From contig CM120642.1 in the NCBI GenBank assembly GCA_051362555.1, positions 1,860,001-1,924,000 on the forward strand: a stretch of DNA of 64,000 bases, in the 5' to 3' direction. Position numbers and translations under genes: made by a program. Under the pieces are notes generated by a model, which was not told where the DNA came from, ran no database searches, and worked only from the letters and a program-made list of their open reading frames with translations. Source of the stretch: Lingula anatina. Lineage: Eukaryota; Animalia; Brachiopoda. Positions 25,901 to 36,900 of the stretch are shown here, piece by piece. How positions within the stretch are numbered: the stretch's first letter is position 1; every line of letters begins with the position of its first letter.

Positions 25901-27090
25901 AGTAATTGTAAAAAGATAACCACTAGCTCTTTGTATTGGTACATGGACAGTTTCACCAACAATACATATGAAAAAAAAGTCCCTTGAATAACTAAGATAT
26001 ACTCACTTCCTTGAGCTTCAAAGTATTGGAGGGCACATGTTCCCAGACAAGGCTATGTTCCTCTATGTAGGTAGTGATGAGGTGAATGTCCGTGCTGTGC
26101 TTCACCTCATGGACGGCCTTTAAGTATGCCACTAAGTCCTTCACATCATCAGATAAGTTCTTATCTTTTAGCTTACTGGTCATGGCTTCCAGGCCCTTCA
26201 TTTCATATGTGAAGATTGCAGCCATGGCTGGAACCAAAAATGAAGTTATTTTCTTGGATTTTTCAATTAGAGTTGGACAAATGAACATCAGTATTCAAGG
26301 TGCTCTTACCTCATTTAGGATTTACAATATACAGCAAAAGCTAAGGATAATTTGACTGAAATGATATTGAAATTAAAAAAAAATATTTTCCTATAATTAT
26401 TATATGATATATTAATTATTAAACCAGTTTCAACATCCACCAACTAAAGACAGACTTAAAATAGCAGACCTTTAAAGCCATTTTGCCTGTCTTTCTCACT
26501 ATTTGAGGGTAATAAGTAACGTATCTGGTACCTTCATTTGTTGGTTTTGGATGTGTCAGATTAAACAGATTGACATGGGACCATCCATAACGCTTGCGAT
26601 ACTTGGTCATCAAGTAGGCCAAATTCTTGGGCTCTTTTGTCAAATACCACTGGCTTACTGCGGTACGCATTGCCCGACCCCACGAACCATTTTCATTTTT
26701 CACTTTAGGCTGCCCCAGTCCTTGAACACAGTACTGAACAAACAGGAACAGGTCCGTTGGTATCCTGCAGATTTCTGGCATAGCCTTCAATGCCGCCTTC
26801 TTGGTCTCTCCATCTCCAATGTTGACACAAATTGCGAGGCACCGGATCAAGGGTTTCTGACATGCAACGTAACCCTTGACGCTGTACTCTTTCAGGAGGT
26901 CCACCACTTGAGGACCTTGGCTGCTCGTCTTGACCATCTGAATGACGTTTTCGCAGTGATCTTTCTCGTGATCTTCGGCAACTCTGGCAGTTGGAGTTTC
27001 CGAGCCCAGGCAGATATATCTCTTCAGTTTATCCATATCCTCCAACGCCCAGGTTACCCGCTTTGGGTCTATAGTCACCTTCTTCACCAT
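22942..27090 (-). CDS. RO60: Ro60/TROVE-vWA RNA-binding protein (divergent), about 566 aa
   Basis: Exons 27090-26532, 26227-26007, 25760-25609, 24884-24701, 24307-24053, 23637-23474, 23107-22942. Motifs DMDKLKRYICLGSE, CRIPTDLF, WGRAMR, TKYRKRYGWSH, MPTTAMLRNL, AVDVSQTM, TDCALPMLWA, DVFMVFTDSE, GFTIADPND match the Ro60 family. May be a paralog rather than the ortholog. Confidence 0.9.
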
Positions 27091-27722
27091 GCTGCTGGGA
27101 GGCTGTGCGATAAATTATGGTTTGGGAATTCTCTCATATAAACTGAACCTGGGGATTAAATTTCTCAACTTAAAACTTGAGTGTAAGTCACTCACGAAGT
27201 TCAGGTGCGATCGACGTGCATATCTAGTAGGGCTCAATGTTGGTCTCTGCTATATGTAAAAAAATATGTTACCATTGGAAGAAGGAGATCGGTGGAAATT
27301 TAAGTTTCTTATTGGGTGAGGTCGGGCTCCCTTCCTTGCAGACAGCTCCCTGAGAAATACGTCATAGTTTTGGTTGATTGGGGTTGCACAAAAAGAAAGC
27401 CCGAACTGGTGGAGCGTCCGAATCAGGGAACAAAATATTGCTTTCCCAAATTCTATCTGTTCATATTTTTTCACCAGAAAAAAATTGTAATGTGCGTACA
27501 TGTTTGACCGAAGAGGATATTTTAAAGCATTTTGTATTTTGTATAAATATTATTAGTTTTCTTTTAGGTCAAAAGATGGCGCTTGGATAGCACATTTTAT
27601 GTATATTTTATAAAATCAAGCGCATTAAAAGAAAATTTTGAGTTACAAAACATAAATGTGAAAAATACCTTCCATAAAATCACGCTTCCACACGAAAAGC
27701 AAATACGCACAAAAAAAACATT

Positions 27723-27759
27723 TCACATGACCTTCCTTATGACCTTGACCGTCACATGA
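27723..27759. promoter_or_regulatory. Two M-box/CLEAR-like (MiT/TFE) motifs upstream of V-ATPase G
   Basis: TCACATGA at 27723-27730 and 27752-27759, just upstream of the ATG at 27776. Confidence 0.55.
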
Positions 27760-27775
27760 TCGACATCTGATGAAA

Positions 27776-28829
27776 ATGGCGAGTCAGTCGACAGGAATAC
27801 AGCAGCTTTTAGTCGCTGAAAAACGCGCCGCCGAGAAGGTGGCAGAAGCCAGAAAACGTAAGTGGCACATTTCTCTAACTTGTAATTATGTTTAGGGATT
27901 AAATGTGGGAACTACAGTCCTAAATTTTCACAGTGAGTGAAAGACAATCCCCTTGGCTTTGCTGTCATGTCATCGACATTCAACTTTCTACTCCCAAGAT
28001 TGTCTACGCTTTTTCAGCGTTCTTGGGACTTGGGATTGTGAGATTTTGTCCGATAGTTTCCCCAGTTTGTTATAAATAAGAATAATGTTTAACCATTAAG
28101 GCCAAAAAAGAACCCACCCCACTCCAAAATGATGTATATTTTTATAAACAATCAGGTAAAGCCAAGCGTTTGAAGCAAGCCAAAGAAGAAGCCCAGGCAG
28201 AGGTGGACGCATACAGACAGGAGAGAGAGAAACAGTATAAAGAATATGAAGCAAAGGTTTGTATATGTAGACAGCAGAGGCTGGCAGTACAATATAGTGT
28301 TCACAACCTTTTCTGAACCTGAATCTGTTTACGTAAAAGGACCTGTTCAGGATATATGGATAGGAAAATTTTGGCCATGGTATTACTACATAAATACTGG
28401 ATTTTTTTCTTTACAAATATTTTGTTCAATTACAGTTTAGTAGTAATAGTATAGTTTATCAAAGTAACTAATCAGTATGACATTGTTAGTAATAATTTAT
28501 TCATGTAAGTGGTTTTTAAATATTGCAAGCATTTGATGGAGTTTGGTGAAAATCCCACCCATTTTTAATTGTGGTTGTTTGACAGTAAATATTTGCAGGC
28601 GTCACCACATTATATTTTCTCTTTACAGGTGTCACCACATTATATTTTCTCTTTACAGGTGCTAGGATCAAAAGGAGACACAGAGGCTAAAATAGATCAA
28701 AATACTCGCCTGAAAATAGAAGAAATCAACCGCAACGTGCAAAAACAAAGAGAGCAATGTTTACAAAGACTGCTGTCTCTAGTATATGACATCAAACCAG
28801 AGATGCATCATAACATGAAAATATTGTAA
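27776..28829 (+). CDS. ATP6V1G: V-type proton ATPase subunit G, 117 aa
   Basis: Exons 27776-27857, 28156-28256, 28659-28829. [44 protein letters not shown]...[12 protein letters not shown]. Confidence 0.95.
28591..28660 (+). repeat. 30-bp tandem duplication of the 3' splice site of V-ATPase G exon 3
   Basis: GTCACCACATTATATTTTCTCTTTACAGGT occurs twice (28601-28630, 28631-28660), preceded by TTTGCAG. Confidence 0.9.
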
Positions 28830-30675
28830 ATATTTCTCAGATGATGTCTCAGTCAGTTTCTCATTGTCCTTCTGTTAAATGTGAAATATGCTGTAATTAG
28901 TGCAATCAATGTAATTATGTAACTCCTTATTCCTGTATCTGTATGAGGCTGCTGTAGTCTTGTTTTCTGAGTTTTCATAGGTCTCCACTTCAACTGTTTG
29001 TTGTAAATCATGTGACATGTGACTGACCTGTTTTCAAGTCTGTGTTTTTACAATACTATAGCCTTAAATCTTGGTGAAGAAAGTGCATGATCTTGTATGT
29101 AATATTGTTCATATTATGTATCACCACCAAGGGTAGCTAGGGGTGGAAAAGTGGCTGGCTTAACCACCTTCCAATATTGGGGGTGACGTTTTAGGAAGGG
29201 CGTGTGTCTTCTCTGCTTCTGCCAAGCCACAGCCATTCCGCTAATACTATGAAGGAGAATTCATACACAGCTGAAATGCACCTCTTGGAATTCAACATTT
29301 TCTTGTCAGTATGGTTCCATTGGCACTAGTACTCAGTTTGTAGTTAATATACATATCTATTTAGGAGCATGGTCTTTCTGTTGGTTAAAAACTATGGTGA
29401 TGTTATGACTTTCAGATTTCAAGTAAAAAAAATACTTCAGCAAAGTACTGAAAGTTCGTGGACTGAATTTGATAGGTTCTAGAGCTGACTATAGATTGTA
29501 TCTGGCATTCTTTTGTTCTTACTTGTGAAGATTGTAAGAATTATGCTGCTGATAACAATGTTGTAAGTTTTTTCTTTGATATGTAGCTGTAGCTTTCATC
29601 GTATGAAGCAGCAGTACATGTGCAATGTATGTATTGCTTGGTTGTGGGCAGCAGAATCTAGTGTATAAATAAAATTATTATCAGTAATCACAGATTTTAA
29701 TATTGTTGATTTTTTTGAATGAATAATTGCCTTAACCGAGTTTTAAAAAGCTTTTGAAAATGGCAACCAGAGGTCAAGTTTGCAACTGTACATCATTCAG
29801 ATGTGTTTATTGGTTTCTCAAGTATTCATAACATAGGCTAAGTTCATGAATGATCTAAATTTTTTTGGTCTTGAATCTTGATGAACAGTAAAAAAGTGTC
29901 CAGCACTCAACTTCTACTTAACTGAAAATTAATGAAAAATTTATGCACGAAAAACCTACAAAACAACATATTGGCCTTCCATCATATAAGATATTTAACA
30001 TCCATGTTACGTTAAGTATTGATGCTTGTTAATATTGGAAGGTTTGAAATTAAAAAAAAAAAAAAAAAAAACATCTCCTACTCCTTTCTAATTGCCTTCT
30101 GCTTTACTCCCCATTACTGTATACCGAGTATCTATAATTACCAAAATTCCCAAACATTCATGAACGAAAACATGAAAAAATATTGTATACAAAAGAACAC
30201 ATGACCTGTCATTTAAACGAGAAATGTCATATGATAGTGTCAAATTCTTTATGCCTCAATATACACCTACTAAGCTACAACAGAAGTCTAAGAAAATATC
30301 TGTTTTTAAACTGAGGTTATTGTGGAAGAATCTTGTTCACTATTCAGTCATAAATGTAGTATTACAATTGTTTGTGGCCTGCAGTCAAAGTCTCCAATTC
30401 TATGTGCCAGTCTTATCACCGTAACAAATGAGATGAAATTCCAAGCAGATGCATAGTGCACAGGTTTAAGGAGTCAATGTCTCACAATGCACTATTTGCA
30501 AAGGAATGGCTTCTCTAACTTCCACAGATAGCAACTCTGTACTGAACTGTTACTGAGAACCCTCTGTTCAAATATTTAGACAGACTATTTCAAAGAAAAC
30601 TTCAAAGACTAGCAAAATGTCTTATATGACAGTCTGCAATTTTACTGTCCATAGTCTTCCTCCTTAGACTGCACA

Positions 30676-32220
30676 TCAACTTGTGTCCATAGGCTCCCCA
30701 CTGCCTTGTTCTCTCTTGAAGTTGTTCACTGTTGTCTGAAAGAAAAAATGTATCTTGAGATTCAGAGGCACAAAAAGAGTATCATTATGTCGAAATTTTT
30801 ATCTAGAGATTCATTTGCAAATTTGAAAATGATTTATTTAATAATACATTGTCAAATTCATTTAAGAAAATCATGCCTTACGAAGACAGTGAATCAATTA
30901 TCAATGATGCTAAATAATTTCAATGTTACATGTTAGATATCTTGAATTCCTCTAAAAATTACAATATATTAGCAATAGTAAGCACTGAAATAAAAAGAAA
31001 AAACTGACAAAAACTTTTAAGTTATTAGATTAACAATAATTAAGAGTTTGAGCATAGGATGTATGGCAAGCAATGTAGAAGTGTCACCTCAAATGTTGTC
31101 AGGACATGTTCACACACTGCGGTCAACTCCACGAGTCCTCTTCGTAAGACATCTACAGCAGGTGGCCCTGCAATGAGAATTGACAAACCTGGTGTGAAAA
31201 AGTGATGGACCAAGTCTAGGAGTTTGCTGAGTACAGTTCATGCAGGGTAATGAAAAATGGCTGTTTTATTACTCACATAAACTGTTATATAATAACTGTA
31301 CCCAGAAATAATAACAATTGGAATTACATATGTCAAATATTAAAAAAAATGTTTCTAAATCTCCACAATGGTTTACATATGGAAATATGATAATAATTAA
31401 CTTTTGTGAAAATCAAATGTTTTTTGTTAATATTTAAGGAATCCTACATACCATTTGTCTGTATTCGTAAATTTATCTTGCTTTCTGATGGATGGGGAAC
31501 ACTGTACCCACAAAACTGAACTTCTGGGCTGGATATAAAGAAATGGTTTAAAATCATAAATAATAATAGTTTAAGGATAAAAAAATTGGGTTTCAAAGTA
31601 CCGTAAAAAATAAAAGCTGCAAGGCAACATACACAAGCTTTCTAGTTTTCCTGCCATGATCTTATGTTTGAAAGTTAGCCTGCATACCATAACATGTAAA
31701 CATTATATAAGTATAAAGGATAACACTAACAGTAAAATTTATTTATCTGTATGATACCAAAGAGGTCTAGGGTAAATAATGCATCTTTCTTCTACATAAA
31801 ACCACTGACAGTCAGTGACACAGGTTAAACTTACTTCTTCATTATGATATATCTGAGTGAATTTCCCAAAGTATGGTCTTCATTGTGCATCACAAATGTC
31901 CTGCAGGTTTCATCCTCTGGGTTCTCTGGCTCCACCTTAAATAAAAAAATTAATAAATAAATTTAAATTCTCCACAAATATATGAGCATTGCAAACTGTA
32001 ATATTTTGAAGAATCAGCAGGTTGTCGATCCTGATTTTAAAGAAATCCTACATATGTACCAGATTATTATTATTATCTCAAAAATCCTCAGACCCACACA
32101 TTACCAATTTCAGCTCCTTGCATAAAATGATTTCAGACTGAATAAGCTTAATTAATTTTTACATACATTCACGCACAATTTGTGTTTGATACTTACAACT
32201 TCCAGTCGACCAACTTCCAT
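30676..32220 (-). CDS. POLR1D: RNA polymerase I/III subunit RPAC2, about 113 aa
   Basis: Exons 32220-32197, 31935-31835, 31528-31452, 31167-31088, 30735-30676. [46 protein letters not shown]. Exons are too short for the ORF track and were found by hand. Confidence 0.92.
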
Positions 32221-32429
32221 GCCTTCTCTCACCTTGACCTTCAATGACACACACCATAAATTTGATCCTTATCAGAAATGTGAAAATATTGTTGCACTAT
32301 GCAATAAAATAAGACAAGTACTAACAAATTCTTTATCGAAATTTACATAAATTTACTATAATTCTAATAAATATATTGCTGTAAACCATGTCGGAAAAAA
32401 TAAATTAGAATCAAATATTTATATATTTA

Positions 32430-32610
32430 CGCGCGGCTACTGCTACAAACTCATGTGATGATGACGTCAGAAGAAAACAAGACAGAGAGCGCAGAAGGAA
32501 GGAAGACCCTGTGAACACAAACTTTACTCAGTTTTTTGGTACTCTTAAGAACTGCCGTGGGTGCTTCATAGTACCAGTTAAGACGGGAAAGTCAAGGACT
32601 GAAGTTAAGT
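32430..32610. promoter_or_regulatory. Divergent promoter POLR1D/VAMP7 with probable VAMP7 5' UTR exon
   Basis: TCATGTGA (32451-32458), CRE TGACGTCA (32462-32469), donor-like GTAAGT near 32611. Confidence 0.5.
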
Positions 32611-32905
32611 GTAAGTCACATACACATACAGTCTAAGCCTTGTAATTGAACCACAAAATAAGATTTGGAGCTAAATTATAATGATAAATGTCCCAGTAGA
32701 AACTTTGTCATTATGACTGTGAATGAATTTGACGCAAGATTAATGTGCACCACAAATCTTATATATCTGAAGTGGTCTGAAAACCCAAGCAAAGAACAGC
32801 TATTTCATCGTGCACATGACTTGCGGGGTTGCTCAGTTTTTGTTATAGTACAGCAATTGTTCAGCATATTGTGCTGTAGCTCGTTTAACATTGGATGGCT
32901 ATGAC

Positions 32906-33726
32906 CACGCTCGGCTGTCACCTTGATTGGATAGTAAACGGTTGTCGTAAAATCGCTAAATGATATTAAAACCGGGTTCATAAACTTGAAAACCACCAAG
33001 GACAACCTTGGACTGCCACATTAATCCAATACAATGCAAAAATAAACTATAACAAGTGGTTAAAGTCTTCAAACCGAATGTCGTAAAGTCCCCATATACC
33101 TCCATAGAGACAATAAAATAGAGTTAGCTTGTGAAACAAGAATCCACCAACTTAAACATAATAATGGAAATGAAATACTGCAGGGCATTCCACCTCTGAT
33201 GTTTATTTCGGTCCACTCTAACCTCCAATTAAGAAAAAGAAGCCATGCCATTGGACAATACGACCTCTGCGGTTACGTCATTTCCTGAATTGGATTGTGG
33301 AGAGGACCGAAATAAACATCAGAGGTGGAATTTTGATTTACGGTTTGATTGTGCATATGCCATGCACGGAATTTACAAACGAGCGAGGGGATGATGTAGC
33401 CTGCAGTATTTGCGGTAAGCGTGCCAAGTTTTAGGCCGCTCCGATGCCCGTCAGTATTTTATTTCGATTATTATGTTTAAGTTGGTGGATTCTTGTTTCA
33501 CAAACTTACTCTATTTTATTGTCTCTATGGAGGTATATGGGGACTTAACGACATTCGGTTTGAAGGCTTTAACCACTTGTTATAGTTTATTTTTGCATTG
33601 TATTGGATTAATATGGCAGTCCAAGGTTGTCCTTGGTGGTTTTCAAGTTTATGAACCCGGTTTTAATATCATTTAGCGATTTTACGACAACCGTTTACTA
33701 TCCAATCAAGGTGACAGCCGAGCGTG
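32906..33726. mobile_element. Non-autonomous DNA transposon (foldback MITE) with TIRs of about 260 bp
   Basis: 32906 to about 33165 is the near-perfect reverse complement of about 33468 to 33726. Ends CACGCTCGG...CCGAGCGTG, direct repeat GCTATGAC at 32898-32905 and 33727-33734 (a 10-bp GGCTATGACC reading is also possible). Internal 28-bp inverted repeat at about 33187-33214 / 33304-33331. Confidence 0.9.
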
Positions 33727-33974
33727 GCTATGACCTGTGCACATTGGCATATTTGTAAGATATTGATTTGTAGTGTGCTAATGCAAAACATTTAAAATGC
33801 TTTGGATTATTAAGGCATAATATAGACACATGGAAAGTATTTCCTAATTTACAGTTCACTTAAGTTTTGGTACATGAAAGTCTGCCATAGAAATGATGAC
33901 GGCAGTGGATCTGTTTGAAAACTTTTCAGGTTGTATGTATAGAAAAGAGACATAAAGGCCAATTTTACTGCAAG

Positions 33975-36900
33975 ATGCCTCTCCTGTTTGCTGTTGTTGC
34001 GAGGGGAAATACAGTGCTGGCCAAATATGCAGGATGTGCTGGAAACTTCACTGAAGTCACAGATCAAATTCTGAGCAAAATTTCCCCAGAAAATGCCAAG
34101 CTTACATACTCACATGGCAGGTAAGTCTTCAAATTATCCTCAAATGAATTCCATCTCATGAAAATCTTTGTTTTTTTTATGGTATTCAGTTTATGACTTT
34201 AATTATAATAGTGAAGTAATAAAATATTTCTTGAAAGTTTCAGTTGTATAAAAGAGCTGACAGCTGTTATTAAAACAACATGTTCTCATTCTGTTTCTTG
34301 AAATTGAAATTATTATATGGTCATTATGACTCAAATGATATTTCTTATTTTGAAGCTATTTTATGCTTTGGAAAATCCCATGTTCTGTCTGCTTTTTAAT
34401 TTATGTAAAATTTACTGTTTTAATCTGAACTGCTGTCATTTTTGTTTTCTTCCGTTTCAGCTACCTTTTCCACTATGTATCAGAAGACAGAATAATCTAT
34501 CTTTGTATAACAGATGATGTGAGTATACTAAAACATAGATACCATGTTATAGGTTATAGATACCATGATAATAGAAGTTCATCAGTTGAGTCATAAAGTC
34601 AAAAACTTAACAACTGAAGAAAGTGACAGGTGTTAATGCCAGGGCAATTTCATCTTTAAATGATAAGACATTTACTTTAAAAGACAACAGTTTTTTACTA
34701 TGGTTGAAAATAAATAAGACGTTATTATTATGTTACGCCAAAAGTTGGAAAACCGTTTATTTGGCTGAAGTCAACAGTAGTAGAAATACCCTAGACATGA
34801 ATGTTTTGTATTAATATTGCACTATGTCACTGGTAATTGATGCTGTGAATAATATCAAATTCCTAATGGAATAGGCATAATTTTACAATTTTTTGACTTA
34901 TTATTGAACAATAATATTATGACACATTGACAAGCCAGACTTTCTTTATTTCTGCTCCCTTTCCCTTTAAAAAATATTAAATTTAAGATTTTTCACATTT
35001 TTAGGATTTTGACAGAAGCAGAGCTTTTTTATTTTTGAATGACATCAAGAGGAAGTATGTACCCCTTGACAACATGCTGCAAGAACTTTCAGATTCAAAC
35101 AGTAGTTTAGGATTCTTTTATCTGATCAGTCAGCTAGGAGAATGTTGTTTAAATGTGAAAAAAGAATATTGATAGAAATACATAGTAGACAAGTATTGCT
35201 AAGAATTTCTTTAGCAAGTAGTCTGTTTGAGAGTTCAGAATTTACAAATAGTGAAATGAATATATCAAAAGCACTGCAGTAGGTTGTTAAAGTGTTTTGC
35301 CAAATGTGACGTTATTAGGCAAAGCAACAAATGTTGTGACATGAGATGTAGATTTTATGTATGTGAAGTTCCCTGAGAAATGCAACATATTATCTTATAT
35401 TTCAGATTCCAGACTCAGTATGGCACGCGCTCACAGACAGCTCTGCCATACGCAATGAACAGTGAATTTTCCAGGGTTTTAGCTGCCCTTATGGTAAGTC
35501 AACAGTGAGTCTTTCAGTATTAACTGCCCTTATGGTAAGTCAACAGTGAGTCTTTCAGTATTAACTGCCCTTATGGTAAGTCAACAGTGAGTCTTCCAGT
35601 ATTAGCTGCCCTTATGGTCAGTCAATAGTGAGTTTTCCAGTATTAGCTGCCCTTATGGTAAGTCAACAGTGAGTCTTCCAATATTAGCTGCCCTTATGGT
35701 CAGTCAGTAGTGAGTTTTCCAGTATTAGCTGCCCTTATGGTCAGTCAATAGTGAGTTTTCCAGTATTAGCTGCCCTTATGGTCAGTGAACAGTGAGTCTT
35801 CCAGTATTAGCTGCCCTTATGGTCAGTCAACAGTGAGTCTTTCAGTATTAGTTGCCCTTATGGTAAGTCAATGGTGAGTCTTTCAGCATAAGCTGTCCTT
35901 ATGGCAAGTCAACAGTGAGTCTTTTAGTATTAGCTGTCCTTATGGTAAGTCAGGTATTTGGCATGGAAATCTCCATCAAAACAAATTATAAATGAATTGA
36001 GGAATTCTTCAAATGCTTGTTTTGAATAATTTCTCAGTGCTGTCCAATGTCATCTGCAGCTTTTCCATTAGTTAGTTACTGTTAAAAAACTTTATAAATA
36101 CATCTTGTAGCAGACATAGGGAAAACCGTCAGTCAAAAATCACCGGAAAAGCCACAGTTCTTTTTGAAGGAGACATCTGATATCAACATAGCCTGTGTCT
36201 GTTCATGTTGCTGAAGCAGGAGCTGAAGTAACAGTCTTGTACTTTTTTTGTTGCAATAGTGTCTAGAAAAATCCTCTTTAAAGTATTTTCTGTTTTCTGT
36301 TACCATATTTTGACATATTTTCAGAAACACTACAGTGAGAACAGGCAAGCAGGTGCCTCAGCATCTGGGTACCAGGATGAGGAAGCAAATGTAGACAAAG
36401 TAGCAAAAGTTCAAGGTCAAGTGGATGAGCTCAAGGGAATTATGGTCAAGAATATAGGTATTTTTTTACAACTTCACAGGCCCCAAGATGGGATGGGTGA
36501 AAAGTTAGAAAGAACCACCCTTTTGGCTGGAAAATAGTCTACTCTGAATCCAAAATTGATGTAGCAGGTTCTATACCAATATTTTGAAAGTAATTATATG
36601 ATTTTAACAAATTTTACAAATGTTAATTCTTATGCAGTTCTTGAAATTATATTTTAGAAAATGTTTAAATATCCAATGTCTTTCTTACAATTACCATTTT
36701 GTTTGTATTCTAAATGTACCATCCAACTTTTGGTTGTAAATAAATAAACATTATTATTGTATTATAATCAATACATATGTACTTTTTAGTAGTGAAAAGG
36801 CCCACTTTTCCAGAAAAGACACACCCATGCTCCATGTCCCTGTAAAATTGCTGGCTATCATTCAACAGCAACAGTTACTGTATAATTGTTGAAAGTTTGG

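Noticed and set aside
26503-27141. 212-aa plus-strand ORF
   Set aside because: Antisense shadow of Ro60 exon 1. Likewise the ORFs opposite SURF6, the fucosyltransferase and RAB30.
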